DNA of 64,000 bases, from contig JBAZWU010000001.1 of NCBI GenBank assembly GCA_041660185.1, positions 182,765 through 246,764 of the forward strand, read 5' to 3'. This DNA comes from Elusimicrobiota bacterium (GTDB lineage: Bacteria; Elusimicrobiota; Elusimicrobia; 2-01-FULL-59-12). The position numbers and the translations under genes are program-made. Numbering within the stretch: position 1 is the stretch's first letter; each line of letters begins with the position of its first letter. A model generated the notes under the pieces. The model was not told where the DNA came from and did no database searches. It saw only the letters and a list, made by a program, of their open reading frames with translations. Positions 1 through 10,696 of the stretch are shown one piece after another.

Positions 1-31
1 TTTAAGAGACGACGCATGTTCGTTCCCCGCC

Positions 32-120
32 GTCATCCCCCGCGGTTGTAGGCGGGGGATCCATCATGCCGTCGACGGACGACATTCTTGGATTCCCCGC
101 CAGTGACTGCGGGGAATGAC
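32..120. repeat. Nested-palindrome REP/MITE-like element, copy A (two hairpin units in inverted orientation)
   Basis: GTCATCCCCCGC-ggttgtag-GCGGGGGATCC ... GGATTCCCCGC-cagtgact-GCGGGGAATGAC. Each unit is a perfect 9-bp stem. The same unit recurs at 7160, 27553, 54514 and 60873. It lies just downstream of the stop of the last glycan-locus gene. Confidence 0.8.
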
Positions 121-152
121 AAAAAATACTTGTGTGTGCATTTATGGGTAGA

Positions 153-1325
153 TTACTTCGCGACATTCCAACGAGATTCGTAATAGTCTTTTAAGGGAAC
201 GTTTTCGTATAGGTCATTGTAAAGCTCTTCCTGTTGGTGGACCATCCGGTCAATGTTGAATTCGTCGCCCACGCGGCGGGCCGCGGCTTGCCCTAATCGC
301 CGTCCTTCTTCGGGGTGGTCTTGCAGCCACACGATTTTTTCTGCGGCCGAGCTTACGTCTCCCGGCAGGATCAAAAAGCCGGTCTGCCCATCCTGCAGAA
401 TATCTTTGACCCCGTTGACGCCATAGGCCACGCAGGGGAGTTGTGCGGCGGAAGCTTCCACCAAAGCTCGCGGAAGCCCTTCCCACAAGGACGTCAGTAA
501 GAAGCCATTCGCGGCCGCCAGGATTTCGGGGATATCCTGACGCCATCCGACGAAATGGATAGAAGCCCCAATCCCCTGTTCTTGGCACCAGGTTTCCACG
601 GATGGACGCAGTTCCCCATCCCCGACGAGAATAAAATGCGTGTTCGCCTTCTTTTTCAGGACTTCCGAAGCCACCCGGACCAAATCCATTGGATTTTTCT
701 GCAATTTAAAATTGCCGATGGAAACCACCACCCAGGCCTTGCTGGAAATGCCGAGTTCTTGACGAACCCTGCTTTTGGCCGCGCGTTGGAAAACGATGCC
801 GCTGCGAATCAAACTGTTCGGCGTCCGACGCCCGATCCCCAGCTCCGCGGCTTCGGTGCGATTGTCCTCTGAAACAAAGATCAAGTGGATGCTCAGGAGT
901 GCGCAAAATTTCTCCAGCGCGATAAAGATCTTTCGGAGTCCCGGCGCCTGTTTGGGGGTAAAGCCAAATCCATGGAACGTGTGGATGATCACGGGCACTC
1001 CCGCGAGATAGGCGGCGATCCGTCCCAGAATTCCGGCTTTGGACGAGTGGGTGTGGACGATGTGTGGTTTCTGTTGCCGCAGCAATCGATAGAGAGAGAG
1101 GAGCGCCAGAAGATCTTGAATCGGACGGATCAGCCGGACCAGGGATGAGACAAAAAAGGTAGGCCAGTTCCCCCTTTTCGCTTCCTCATCCAGAAAGCCG
1201 CCGGCGCCGCAGATCAGTGAGACGTCAAATCGGTTGGAATCCAGATGCGAGAGGGTGTAAAGGGTATTCTGCTGGGCGCCGCCCAGTTCCAGTTGCGTGA
1301 TGATATGACAAACGCGAAGTTTCAT
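153..1325 (-). CDS. Glycosyltransferase family 4 (GT-B fold)
   Basis: N-terminal CHIITQLELGGAQ glycine loop. C-terminal SLWEGLPRALVEA E-x7-E motif typical of GT4/GT1-family retaining transferases. Confidence 0.8.
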   Translation of the reverse strand: MKLRVCHIITQLELGGAQQNTLYTLSHLDSNRFDVSLICGAGGFLDEEAKRGNWPTFFVSSLVRLIRPIQDLLALLSLYRLLRQQKPHIVHTHSSKAGILGRIAAYLAGVPVIIHTFHGFGFTPKQAPGLRKIFIALEKFCALLSIHLIFVSEDNRTEAAELGIGRRTPNSLIRSGIVFQRAAKSRVRQELGISSKAWVVVSIGNFKLQKNPMDLVRVASEVLKKKANTHFILVGDGELRPSVETWCQEQGIGASIHFVGWRQDIPEILAAANGFLLTSLWEGLPRALVEASAAQLPCVAYGVNGVKDILQDGQTGFLILPGDVSSAAEKIVWLQDHPEEGRRLGQAAARRVGDEFNIDRMVHQQEELYNDLYENVPLKDYYESRWNVAK

Positions 1326-1358
1326 TTTGTTTTGTAGGGGGCGCCGGCTGGCGCCCCG

Positions 1359-2657
1359 TTACCTTCCCAGAATCCTCTCGGCGGTTGTTTTCCCATCTAA
1401 AATCGCTTCTTCCATATACGAGTACTTCCAGGCGCCATAGCGGCCGATGGAGTAAACGTTTTCATGGTCCAGGTAACGAAGGATGGTTTCCGCAGACCGG
1501 GTGCAGTTTTTGTCGAAGATGACGTAAGCCACCGGGATATGCAGGACTTTTCGGGCAATAATTCGATCGCGACGCTGCAGAAGGCCGCCGTCCCGCAGGC
1601 CGGCCAACAATTGCCGAAGGATAGTTTTGCCATCGGGCGGATGACCCGGTTGATAGGCCACTTCGATATACATCGAACTTGTTCCAGAGGGGGTTGTATG
1701 GGACGAGAAATTCGCCGGGAAGCCCACCCGGTAGAAACGGTATTTGGTTTCCGGAAAGTATATCCATTGCTTGTCGGTCAGATCCGGCCGGTCGATCCCC
1801 AGATTCAGGTTATAGAGCGATGTCCAACGGAGCAAGCGCCTGGCGTGTTCAATTTCCGGCGGCAGAGGTCTGGCGATTTTTAAAAAATAGGCCAGGGGCA
1901 GCGTCGTAATCAGGTGTTCATAGGCGATCACCTCACCCGTGTGAAGCGTCGCTTCTTTTTTGGCGAGATCAATGCCCGTCACTTCCGTATTCAAACGGAG
2001 TGCCTTTAAATCGTTTGCCAAAGCGGTCGGGAGCGCCTGAATTCCCCCTCGTTTTGGATAGTAGAACGTGGCGTTGTATCCGAACGTTTGGGTCTGTTCC
2101 GCGAGGCCTCCCAGGATAATTTCCTCAACGGAAGGGCGCGGAACAAAAGGAGCGACCCATTCCGCCGTCAACACGTCCGCCGGCACCGTCCAGAGTTTCC
2201 GATTGTATGGGAAAAAGAAGTGCTTGGCAAACCCTTTGCCGAAGGTCCGGAGGACCCAGCTTTTAAACGATTCGGGAGAGCGGACCGGAGCCGGACGGTG
2301 CTGCAATTGAGCTTCGATGAAACCGGCGACGCAGTCTTTCATCACCTGTTTTGGGAGCGCATACGTGTTGGCCTGGAACGGGTACGGAATATTGGTTCGG
2401 TGCGAGTAGATCCAGGACCGGCGCTTGTGAAGGGCGAGGTTATCGCCTAAGAGCTTGGGAATCAGTTGAAGCGTGTAGGGATTTCGCAGGTGGAGAAAAT
2501 GACCGGTGTAATCAAAAACAAAACCGTCCTGGTGAATGGATTGCGCTAAACCTCCCGGCTGACTGGAACGTTCCACCAGGAGATAGTCGCGCTTCAAGTG
2601 ATAGGCGCTGGAGAGCCCGGAGAGCCCTCCGCCTAAAATCAGCGTCCGGATTTTCAT
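1359..2657 (-). CDS. FAD-dependent oxidoreductase, UDP-galactopyranose-mutase-like (eukaryote-type Glf family)
   Basis: FAD dinucleotide fold ILGGGLSGLSSA..ERSSQPGGL. Motifs IPYPFQAN, FFFPYNRKLWTVP, NATFYYPKRGGI, WIYFPE..FYRVG and GRYGAWKY, which I recognise from long-form UDP-Galp mutases. 4-nt overlap with the WecA-like gene. Confidence 0.55.
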   Translation of the reverse strand: MKIRTLILGGGLSGLSSAYHLKRDYLLVERSSQPGGLAQSIHQDGFVFDYTGHFLHLRNPYTLQLIPKLLGDNLALHKRRSWIYSHRTNIPYPFQANTYALPKQVMKDCVAGFIEAQLQHRPAPVRSPESFKSWVLRTFGKGFAKHFFFPYNRKLWTVPADVLTAEWVAPFVPRPSVEEIILGGLAEQTQTFGYNATFYYPKRGGIQALPTALANDLKALRLNTEVTGIDLAKKEATLHTGEVIAYEHLITTLPLAYFLKIARPLPPEIEHARRLLRWTSLYNLNLGIDRPDLTDKQWIYFPETKYRFYRVGFPANFSSHTTPSGTSSMYIEVAYQPGHPPDGKTILRQLLAGLRDGGLLQRRDRIIARKVLHIPVAYVIFDKNCTRSAETILRYLDHENVYSIGRYGAWKYSYMEEAILDGKTTAERILGR

Positions 2658-3706
2658 GGTTCGATGGGTATTCGTGCCAGCCAGGTGCCAAAGGCCAGCG
2701 CCAGCACGCCGATCACGGAGTAGATCAACAGGGCGTATTGAAAAGGAACCACCGTCACCCGATAGGCGCTGAATGCCAAGAGCAGGCTGATGGCATAAGA
2801 CAGAATCAGGATCTCCTCCCGATAAAATCCGTATTTTTCAAGGCGCAGCGCATAATGGTCCCGGCTTCCCATAAAGGGAGACATCCCGCGCTTAAATCGC
2901 AAACAGGTCACCAGAAACGTGTCGTACAGGGGGAGCCCGAGAATCAACAAGGGCGCAAAAACACCCAGATTATTCACGCGCGTATAAGCGGTTCCCAGCG
3001 AAAGCGCCGCCATCATGAACCCGATCAAAAGGCTTCCGGTGTCCCCCAAAAATATCTTGAGACGTTTGGAGAGGTTATAAGGAATGAATCCAAGCAAACC
3101 CCCCGCCAGGGCGACAGAAGCCACATTGACATAAATCTCTTCGGAGGGTAGTGAAATAAACAGAAAACCCAGGCTGGCGATGACCCCGATGCCGCTGGCG
3201 AGGCCGTCCATGATGTCGATAATGTTGATGGCATTGATCAATCCGACAATCCAGATGAGTGTGATGAGATCGGCGAACCAATGCGGCGAGATGAATTTAA
3301 TGCGGATGTCGAAAGCCATCAGACAAAGCGCGGCAACGAACTGGACAATAAATTTTGATTTATACCCGAGACCTTTCGGAACGACGTCGTCGATGAGTCC
3401 CAACAGGCAGATGATGCTGCCGCCCAGGAAAATCCCCCGCAAAGAGTGTAGTGTGCCGGTAGGAAAGTTGGTCATCCATCGAATTGTGAGCAGCGTGGCC
3501 GCGAGTGCGGCCGCCACGGCCAGCCCCCCCAGGTAAGGGACCGGGTGCCGGTGCGTTTTGACGTCCGTCAGAGGGCGATCCAGTATTTTGTAGGCCATCG
3601 CAACCTTCCGCGCGAGAGGCGTCAGAAGCGCGGACAGAACCAGGGCGAGAGAAAAACAAATCAGGTAAAGCATTCTTGTTTCACTGCTCAGGGTGACGAA
3701 GCTCAT
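2654..3706 (-). CDS. Polyprenyl-phosphate HexNAc-1-phosphate transferase (WecA/MraY family, initiating transferase)
   Basis: About 10 hydrophobic segments. Motifs IDDVVP and NAINIIDIMDGLASG (NxxNxxDGxDGL) are diagnostic of the MraY/WecA superfamily. Confidence 0.85.
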   Translation of the reverse strand: MSFVTLSSETRMLYLICFSLALVLSALLTPLARKVAMAYKILDRPLTDVKTHRHPVPYLGGLAVAAALAATLLTIRWMTNFPTGTLHSLRGIFLGGSIICLLGLIDDVVPKGLGYKSKFIVQFVAALCLMAFDIRIKFISPHWFADLITLIWIVGLINAINIIDIMDGLASGIGVIASLGFLFISLPSEEIYVNVASVALAGGLLGFIPYNLSKRLKIFLGDTGSLLIGFMMAALSLGTAYTRVNNLGVFAPLLILGLPLYDTFLVTCLRFKRGMSPFMGSRDHYALRLEKYGFYREEILILSYAISLLLAFSAYRVTVVPFQYALLIYSVIGVLALAFGTWLARIPIEP

Positions 3707-5571
3707 AGCTCGAAAACCTCACAGGCGGGATCCTGATAAAGACGCTTCCCGACCCGGGAAAGAAAATGATCCCAGTTTCTCTGTCCGGCGGCTGAGAACG
3801 GGAAAAGATGGTAAGCTTCCAGGCGTTTCATTTCCTTATGGTTGACCACGAGATGCGAATACCCCTGCGCACGAATCCGGTCCCGAAGCGCTTCAGCATC
3901 GGCCGCGGCATTGGCCCATGAGGCCAACGGGTTTTCATTAAAAACAGGCGTGATCCCCGTTGGCTTTTCATAATAATACCCTCTTTGGTCGCCAACCACC
4001 AGTAGGCGCGTGGCGCCAGGCAGTTGATTCACAAATGAAGCGGCGGCAAAGTAATCCAGTTTTCTCCGGAGATAGGCCGAGCGGTCTTCCAGGCCCAGAG
4101 CCACGCCAAAAGGTGAGAAGACGGTCGTTAGAGTGAAAAAAACGCAGAAACCGGAGACCAGCATCAACGTCAGCAGCGTCCGGCAGGTCCATCGAAAAGG
4201 CGCCGGCAAGCGTTCCACGCCTTCGGCCCAGGCATGCCCGGCCAGAAGAGCCAGCAGGGGAGCTACGGGCATGAGAAAACGAAGCACCGGCCGCGACATT
4301 CCCCACGGGATGAAAAACAGCAGAACGAACAGGCCCGAATCGGATAGGATTTTTCCCCGCTGACGACAGAGCGTCAGCGCCGGGAGCAGGGCCACCAGCG
4401 GCATCCAGCCGAAATCCCCCAGGACATCCATGCCGCCGCCGTAACGAAGGCCATTCACGGTGATCTCCCAGACCAGCCTGGCCAGATGGGTCAGCGAATA
4501 CGGTTGGTATTCGGTCAATCCACGGAAATAACCGGCGGCGGCGCTCTGTACCCAGGGATTAAGTTTAGTCGAGCCCCAGGCATAGAAAAAAGGGAAGACC
4601 GGGTTTCCCACGTAAATGATATTTTTAATCAACCAGGGGCTGACGGTCGCACAAGCGGTTAAGCCATAAAGCGTCAGTCGACTCAGAAGAACTTTGGAAG
4701 GACTTCCCCAGCTTTCTTTGAAGATAAAAATCACAACGATCGCGGCCGGAATAGCGCCGGTATATTTGCATCCCATCGCCAGGCCCGCCATCACTCCAGA
4801 CAGAATCAGCAGCGGGGGCTGTTTTTTCTGAGCCCAAAGTTGCAGCGCGTAGAAACTAAGAAAGCTGAAGAGCATGAGCCCCACATCCACATACCCGCCG
4901 GAACTCAGCAGCAGAAACGCAGGCATCACGCTCAGCAGCGCTCCGGCCCAGAGAGCTGAGCGCGGATTAAGAAACCGGCGTCCAAAAAGGATGAGAGCGG
5001 CCAGGGCGAGTGCGCCCAGAGAAAGCGCCAGAACATTCACCAGCGCATCGCCTCCAAGCAGAAGTCCGGCGGTCCACAGCATTTCCAGTGTTTGAGGAAA
5101 GGCGGAGTAAATTAAATTCGGTAGTCCAACCCAATGACCCGCTTTGACATACTCGGCCGGCAAAGCCAGGTGATAAACGAGCGAGTCGTAGTAGGTCGTG
5201 GGGGCCAGCGCCACCACGAGCGCCAGAACGCTTCCTAACAGGATAAGACCCCGGGCGGCGATCGAGGTTTTCTCAATCGAGGGATGAGAGGGTTTCAGGC
5301 GGCGGCAGGAGATCCAGAACGGATGACTCATCAGAAGGCCGGGGATTAACAAAAGGCAAACGCCGGGGAATGTCCAAGCCTGGCACAAACCGGCCAGGAT
5401 CATCAAATGACTGAAAAGACCCAAGCCGAGCGACAAGGACATCACGACTTGTTCCCCCGGGCCCAGAACCGAAAAAGCCAGAAACCGGCCCAGGAAGGCG
5501 CCATAGCCGCCCGCACTCCAGAGAACCAGCGCGAGCCACCCGAGGGTTATCGCGGATCGAATAACGAACAT
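3703..5571 (-). CDS. Polytopic GT-C-fold glycosyltransferase-like protein (ArnT/PMT_2-like) with C-terminal soluble domain, paralogue 1
   Basis: More than 10 hydrophobic helices. Acidic first-loop motif [10 protein letters not shown]. About 130-aa non-hydrophobic C-terminal domain. Overlaps the upstream GT2. Confidence 0.55.
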   Translation of the reverse strand: MFVIRSAITLGWLALVLWSAGGYGAFLGRFLAFSVLGPGEQVVMSLSLGLGLFSHLMILAGLCQAWTFPGVCLLLIPGLLMSHPFWISCRRLKPSHPSIEKTSIAARGLILLGSVLALVVALAPTTYYDSLVYHLALPAEYVKAGHWVGLPNLIYSAFPQTLEMLWTAGLLLGGDALVNVLALSLGALALAALILFGRRFLNPRSALWAGALLSVMPAFLLLSSGGYVDVGLMLFSFLSFYALQLWAQKKQPPLLILSGVMAGLAMGCKYTGAIPAAIVVIFIFKESWGSPSKVLLSRLTLYGLTACATVSPWLIKNIIYVGNPVFPFFYAWGSTKLNPWVQSAAAGYFRGLTEYQPYSLTHLARLVWEITVNGLRYGGGMDVLGDFGWMPLVALLPALTLCRQRGKILSDSGLFVLLFFIPWGMSRPVLRFLMPVAPLLALLAGHAWAEGVERLPAPFRWTCRTLLTLMLVSGFCVFFTLTTVFSPFGVALGLEDRSAYLRRKLDYFAAASFVNQLPGATRLLVVGDQRGYYYEKPTGITPVFNENPLASWANAAADAEALRDRIRAQGYSHLVVNHKEMKRLEAYHLFPFSAAGQRNWDHFLSRVGKRLYQDPACEVFEL

Positions 5572-6287
5572 GGCCAGAGATGAAACCGATGAAGATAATA
5601 ACGCGCGATGCTTCGCAACGATTCCAGACCGTAACGGACGCTGCGGCTGAAGTTGATGGAGGAAGCTTCATCAAAATAGCGCGCGGGAACCGGGATGTCC
5701 CCCATCCGAAAGCCAAACGCGGCGGCTTGAACCAGAAACTCACAGTCGAAAACGAAATCGTTGGAGTTCCGTTCCCAGGGAATGGTTTCGAGCACCTTTC
5801 GGGAGTAGGCCCGCAGGCCGCTGTGCCATTCACCCAGATTCTGGCCCATCAAAAAGTTTTCCATCATGGTCAAGAACCGGTTGGCGATGTATTTGTAAAC
5901 GGGCATTCCCCCATTTAAGGCTTCGTTTCGCGTTCGAATACGGTTCCCGAGCACCACGTCGCAAACCCCATCCTTCAGGAGTCCGGTCAGGTAAGGGACC
6001 AAACGGGAGTCGTATTGATAATCCGGATGAATCATGACGACGATATCCGCTCCGGCCTGGAGCGCGCTCCGGTAACATGTTTTTTGATTGCCCCCGTATC
6101 CTAAATTCTTTTCATGCACGATGACGGTGAGCCCCAGCTGGCGGGCCAGGGGAACGGTCTGATCGCGGGAGCAGTCATCGACAAGGATAATGCTGTCGAC
6201 CGATCCGTCCGGGATATCCCCGACGGTTCGAGCCAGTGTTTTTTCCGCGTTATAGGCAGGCATCACCACAATGACTTTTGGTTTCAT
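5547..6287 (-). CDS. Glycosyltransferase family 2, polyprenyl-phosphate sugar synthase-like (DPM1/ArnC/GtrB-like)
   Basis: [24 protein letters not shown]2 N-terminal signature and HPDYQYD (DxD-like). Start chosen at MKPKVIVV (ATGA overlap with the upstream stop); the ORF-track start at 6344 is probably an extension. Confidence 0.8.
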   Translation of the reverse strand: MKPKVIVVMPAYNAEKTLARTVGDIPDGSVDSIILVDDCSRDQTVPLARQLGLTVIVHEKNLGYGGNQKTCYRSALQAGADIVVMIHPDYQYDSRLVPYLTGLLKDGVCDVVLGNRIRTRNEALNGGMPVYKYIANRFLTMMENFLMGQNLGEWHSGLRAYSRKVLETIPWERNSNDFVFDCEFLVQAAAFGFRMGDIPVPARYFDEASSINFSRSVRYGLESLRSIARYYLHRFHLWPCSLFDPR

Positions 6288-7819
6288 AAAAGTTCCACCC
6301 AGGGTAGATTGACGACTTTCCGAAGCCGGTAGGTGCGCATCCACACGTGAGCCATGGGTTCCTGTAAAAGACTCTCGTGAGCGAAAACAGGCGCCCGTTG
6401 TTTGAGTTTCGTCACTTCCGTTTTTAGAAGGTCAGACGGTATGCGCGTGACGTTCCAAGCCGGTCGTCCGGTAAAGTACAGCAGATAAATCCAGGGAACT
6501 CCTCCTTCCATCAAGTAAAAAGCGTCGGACGGTGTTCCTCGCGCCAGCGCCAGGGTCTGCTGATACGCGGCGTTGTTTTTCGCGGCATGCATCGGCCGTA
6601 TTAAGGTTACAAAGTTTACCGCCAGGGTTGATCCGACGAGGCCTGCGAGACACCACCGCCGGGTCGTTTCCGAAAGGCCGCGCGCAAGACCCACCGCCAG
6701 CAGAAGCCCCAGGGGAATCACATCCGCCATCCGGTAAAGAAGCGTCCGGGGTTCCCACGTCCACAGAAAGAGCGCGTAAACGCCGATCCAAAGCAGGCTG
6801 AATCGCCAGATCCTGTCGGCTCGATGACGGAAAGAAAGAAAAATCCCAAGGCCGAACAATCCCAGGGAAACAACCGTCAGTGTCCATGTCAGAAAAGTGA
6901 CGTGCGTCGTTCCGTAAGGCGAAAAGCTTCCCCAGAGATAAGGAAGGTTCCCCCAGGCCCATTGAAGCGGAGCGTTCCATCCCGCCCAATGCCAGGCCAG
7001 ATGGCGGTCCGGGGTCAGACCGGCGCTTCCTCTCAGCCACGTGAGAATCCAGGGGAAGCCGCGATGGGACGGGATCAAAACAAAGAAAAGAACGCTCAGA
7101 TAAGGGATCGCAACGGTGGATCCTAGAGTGGCTAGATAAGTCAGATAAGTTTTAAAGCCGTCATCCCCGAGTGTCTTTGTCGGGGACGCCACACTGCGGG
7201 CGTCCGCCAGTCGTGTGGCGGATCCATCATGCTGTCTGGATTCCCCGCCAGAGACCGCGGGGAAGGACGTCATCGTAACGCGTTCTTTTCGAATCCAATA
7301 GAGGGCGGGGATGATCCATAAGAGATGAATCACATGGCCAAGAACCGCCAATCCATGAAGGAGGCCGACCCAAAGATATTTCCGGGTCGACTGGCTTGCG
7401 AGCAGAACGTAAACCGCCCACGCCAACGCCGCGAACCCCAGGGGATAGACTTGCGCTTCCAGGCTCCAGACCCAGAAAACAGCAGACACGCTCATTGCCC
7501 AGGTGAGTCCCAGCGCTGTCCAGGGTTGACGCGTTTCATGCAGAAAAATCCGGTAAACGCCTGCCAGTCCGATCGCTGAAAGCAGCGGGTTCAGAAGTTG
7601 AAGAGCGGATAAAGCGCGAATGGAGGAAGAAAAGAAAAAAAGAGCCCGCCAAAACCAATACCCCAGGAAGCCATAGAGGAGATGATTGGAATGAAAAAAG
7701 AAAACCGGATCGCCCAGTTCCAGCGCCGCGGCGCAGGCCACCCCATCAAAGTTCCAAAGACAGGACGGGAAGCGGAAGCAAAGCCCGAGGGGGAGTGCGA
7801 ACGCAAGAAAGCAGATCAA
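6284..7819 (-). CDS. Polytopic membrane protein, GT-C-like (paralogue 2), carrying an in-frame repeat-element insertion
   Basis: Hydrophobic multi-pass protein with a C-terminal soluble region like the other GT-C paralogues. Residues ..[41 protein letters not shown].. are encoded by repeat copy B. Confidence 0.45.
   Translation of the reverse strand: MICFLAFALPLGLCFRFPSCLWNFDGVACAAALELGDPVFFFHSNHLLYGFLGYWFWRALFFFSSSIRALSALQLLNPLLSAIGLAGVYRIFLHETRQPWTALGLTWAMSVSAVFWVWSLEAQVYPLGFAALAWAVYVLLASQSTRKYLWVGLLHGLAVLGHVIHLLWIIPALYWIRKERVTMTSFPAVSGGESRQHDGSATRLADARSVASPTKTLGDDGFKTYLTYLATLGSTVAIPYLSVLFFVLIPSHRGFPWILTWLRGSAGLTPDRHLAWHWAGWNAPLQWAWGNLPYLWGSFSPYGTTHVTFLTWTLTVVSLGLFGLGIFLSFRHRADRIWRFSLLWIGVYALFLWTWEPRTLLYRMADVIPLGLLLAVGLARGLSETTRRWCLAGLVGSTLAVNFVTLIRPMHAAKNNAAYQQTLALARGTPSDAFYLMEGGVPWIYLLYFTGRPAWNVTRIPSDLLKTEVTKLKQRAPVFAHESLLQEPMAHVWMRTYRLRKVVNLPWVELL
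7160..7268. repeat. Nested-palindrome REP/MITE-like element, copy B (expanded, 3-4 hairpins), inside a CDS
   Basis: gtcatccccgag..gtcggggac / tccgccagtcgtgtggcgga / ggatccatcatg / gattccccgccagagaccgcggggaa. Shares the GGATCCATCATG core and terminal units with the other copies. Confidence 0.75.
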
Positions 7820-9132
7820 AGACGTACCAGGTGTTCCGACGAAAGTCCTCGCATGAGGTTTCGGGTGTCAATGACGAGCTTCGAGTTTTTCAGGATATCG
7901 TCGGCATTGAAGACGTCATGAGCGGTGGTGACCACCACCGCGTCCTGGCTTTGAAGCAGCCGAGCCGAATAAGGCTTGCTGGTGAGGTGTTGTTTCCCCA
8001 GAATCAGTGAAGGCACATAAGGGTCGTGATAGGACACCGTGGCTCCATTTTGCTGCAATAGATGAATCAAATCCAACGCCGGGGATTCCCGCATGTCGGA
8101 TACATTGGCTTTGTAGGCGACGCCCATCACCAGGATCTTCGATCCGTTCACGGGTTTGCGCCGGGCATTCAAGGCCCGAGTTGTTTTTTCTAAAACAAAC
8201 TCCGGCATGTGTGAGTTCACTTCGCCGGCCAGTTCAATGAACCGGGCCGAGAAGTTCAGGGATTTCATCTTCCAGGACAAATAGTGGGGGTCGATCGGAA
8301 TGCAGTGCCCCCCAAGGCCCGGGCCGGGGTAGAAGGGCATGAAGCCGTAGGGCTTGGAAGCCGCCGCTTCGATAATTTCCCACACATTTAAGCCCAGCTT
8401 ATCGCAGATCAGGGCGATTTCGTTGACCAATCCGATATTCACCGCCCGGAAGGTGTTTTCGAGCAGCTTCACCAGCTCGGCGGCTTCCGGCGAAGAAACC
8501 GGTACGACGCGCTGAATGATCTGGCCGTAAAGCATCGTGGCCAGTTCGGTGCAGCTCCGGGTCATGCCGCCCACGACTTTGGGGGTGTTCGGAAGCTTGA
8601 ATTTTTTATTCGCCGGGTCGATCCGTTCGGGAGAGAAGGCCAGGAAAAAGTCTTTTCCAACCTTGTAACCGTTTCCGCCCAGCAGGGGAAGCACAAAATC
8701 CCGCGTGGTCCCCGGGTATGTGGTGCTTTCCAGAATGATCAGCTGGTCCTTATGCAGGTACCTGGCGATTTGTTTAGCTGAACTGGCGATAAACGAAATA
8801 TCCGGATCTTTCGTTTTGTTGAGTGGGGTCGGGACACAGACAACGACCGCGTCCATCTGTTTGAGTTTGGAAAAATCAGTCGTGGCGGTGAGGTTCCCGG
8901 ATTCAACGACAGAGGCTAACTCGGCCGTCGAAATATCTCCGATATAGGACCGCCGGGACCGGATCTTTTCGACTTTCCGGTCGTCCACTTCAAAACCGGT
9001 GACCGGGAAACCCGCTTTGGCAAATTCATAGGCGAGAGGCAAGCCGACGTACCCCAACCCTAAAATGCCGATTCTGGCGGAATGAGACTGAATTTTATCT
9101 TTGATCACAAAGGCACCCCTTTTTTGAAACAC
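7816..9132 (-). CDS. Nucleotide-sugar 6-dehydrogenase (UDP-GlcNAc/UDP-ManNAc dehydrogenase, WbpA/WecC-like)
   Basis: Rossmann motif IGILGLGYVGLPLA. Catalytic-Cys motif GLGGHCIPIDP. Length 438 aa. Confidence 0.85.
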   Translation of the reverse strand: MFQKRGAFVIKDKIQSHSARIGILGLGYVGLPLAYEFAKAGFPVTGFEVDDRKVEKIRSRRSYIGDISTAELASVVESGNLTATTDFSKLKQMDAVVVCVPTPLNKTKDPDISFIASSAKQIARYLHKDQLIILESTTYPGTTRDFVLPLLGGNGYKVGKDFFLAFSPERIDPANKKFKLPNTPKVVGGMTRSCTELATMLYGQIIQRVVPVSSPEAAELVKLLENTFRAVNIGLVNEIALICDKLGLNVWEIIEAAASKPYGFMPFYPGPGLGGHCIPIDPHYLSWKMKSLNFSARFIELAGEVNSHMPEFVLEKTTRALNARRKPVNGSKILVMGVAYKANVSDMRESPALDLIHLLQQNGATVSYHDPYVPSLILGKQHLTSKPYSARLLQSQDAVVVTTAHDVFNADDILKNSKLVIDTRNLMRGLSSEHLVRL

Positions 9133-9179
9133 GAAATTATAACGGGTAGAGCCATCCGGTTACAACCATCCGCCAGACC

Positions 9180-10001
9180 TCATTGCTTTTCAATCACAAT
9201 GGTTTGGAAAATGGAAAATACCCTGGGGCACTTCGACAGAAGATCATCCAGCGCATGCACCACAGGGTAAGCCCCCCCCGGCAGCAGGGCTCTCCACGAT
9301 ACGCCGCCCGATATCAGATACTTGAAGACCGTATGACGTTCCAGCGACCGGATCCGGAGCGCCGGCCAGAGCGATTCAAAGCGCTGGCGGTCGCGCCAGA
9401 AAATGATCCAGGGAACGGCGATATTCGCGCGGTGCAGACGGCCCTGCCCCTCGACGGTCCAGGCCGGGGCCTGGTCGTCAAAGGGTTCATGGTGGAGAAA
9501 CCGGTAAAACACCCGTGACCACCACGAACGGTAGGGTTCGATCATCACAAGGCGTCCGCCGCGAACCAGGCAGCGGTTCGCTTCATTAAAAAATGCTTCG
9601 GGATCCGGAAGATGGTGCAGGACGTTCAATAGAAAGATTGCCCGGAGCGATTCATCCGGAAAATCGAGCTTTTCGGAGTGAACCACCCGGTCCAGCCCCG
9701 GATCCGGACAGACGTCGGAGGTCAGCACGTTGGGAAGGATGTCCTTCAGAAATCCTCCGCCGGAACCGATTTCGAGGCATGCGCCGGAGAGATGACTCAC
9801 CGCCTGATGTTCCCGTACGAAGTACTGGTAGTAGTCCTGGTACATTTGGCGGAGGAACGGCTTCTTTCGCAAGATTTGACGGCAGAGACCAATCGACTCG
9901 GGCGCGTCGGGATCGGAATGTCTCGTCTCCGGTAGCCGGAATACGGATTCAAACAGTTCCCGAAAAAACCCGTGGGATGGATGAGGAGTGGCGTCGCTCA
10001 T
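9180..10001 (-). CDS. Class I SAM-dependent methyltransferase
   Basis: Motif I CLEIGSGGGF. Post-I acidic residue and motif LLNVLHHLPDP. Confidence 0.75.
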   Translation of the reverse strand: MSDATPHPSHGFFRELFESVFRLPETRHSDPDAPESIGLCRQILRKKPFLRQMYQDYYQYFVREHQAVSHLSGACLEIGSGGGFLKDILPNVLTSDVCPDPGLDRVVHSEKLDFPDESLRAIFLLNVLHHLPDPEAFFNEANRCLVRGGRLVMIEPYRSWWSRVFYRFLHHEPFDDQAPAWTVEGQGRLHRANIAVPWIIFWRDRQRFESLWPALRIRSLERHTVFKYLISGGVSWRALLPGGAYPVVHALDDLLSKCPRVFSIFQTIVIEKQ

Positions 10002-10696
10002 CGTTTGTCCGGCGCGCGCGGGGGGCGTGTCGCAAACAACAGGATGTCTTCAGCGGCATCCGCATAAAGGATCCAGGCGATCAGGCAGGCCAGTCCCCGC
10101 CGGATCCAGCGCAATATCCCGAAATGTTCTTCGACGATATGGGTGCGATACATGGCCACGTCGTACCCGAGGACCCTGAACAGACAATACAGATCCTGAG
10201 GCGGGAGGGGATGGATGTGCGTCATGTCCCCCTTCCAGACACAGTTCACGTGATTGGCGTTGGGAGTCGAGATCGCGATGGTTCCTCCCGGATTGAGATG
10301 GCTTTCGCAGAAAGCGAGATGCGCGTAAAAATCATCCAGGGGCATATGCGCAATGAGATTGAACATGACGATCACATCGTAGGATTGATTCACCTCCGAC
10401 AAATCGTGATACTCGTGCGGGAACCGGGCGTCTAAATCGAGCGTGTGGTAAACGCCTTTGTGGCCCGCGGATCGCATCGCGCGCTGCACGAAATTATCGC
10501 CGGAGCCGATGTCGAGAACAGACTGGGAGTCTCCGATCACCTGTTTGAGTTTCGATCGGGATCCATCGAGCGTTGTTGGACTCATGAATCCGATGTTGAT
10601 CGGCATTTTCTTTTTAAAATACTCGGGATAACACCCCTTAATGGCCCAATAGAGATCCCAATATTTCTTCGTGATCTGGCGTTGTGTTTCGGGCAT
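9998..10696 (-). CDS. Class I SAM-dependent methyltransferase
   Basis: Motif I VLDIGSGDN. YDVIVMFNLIAHMP motif. Confidence 0.7.
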   Translation of the reverse strand: MPETQRQITKKYWDLYWAIKGCYPEYFKKKMPINIGFMSPTTLDGSRSKLKQVIGDSQSVLDIGSGDNFVQRAMRSAGHKGVYHTLDLDARFPHEYHDLSEVNQSYDVIVMFNLIAHMPLDDFYAHLAFCESHLNPGGTIAISTPNANHVNCVWKGDMTHIHPLPPQDLYCLFRVLGYDVAMYRTHIVEEHFGILRWIRRGLACLIAWILYADAAEDILLFATRPPRAPDKR

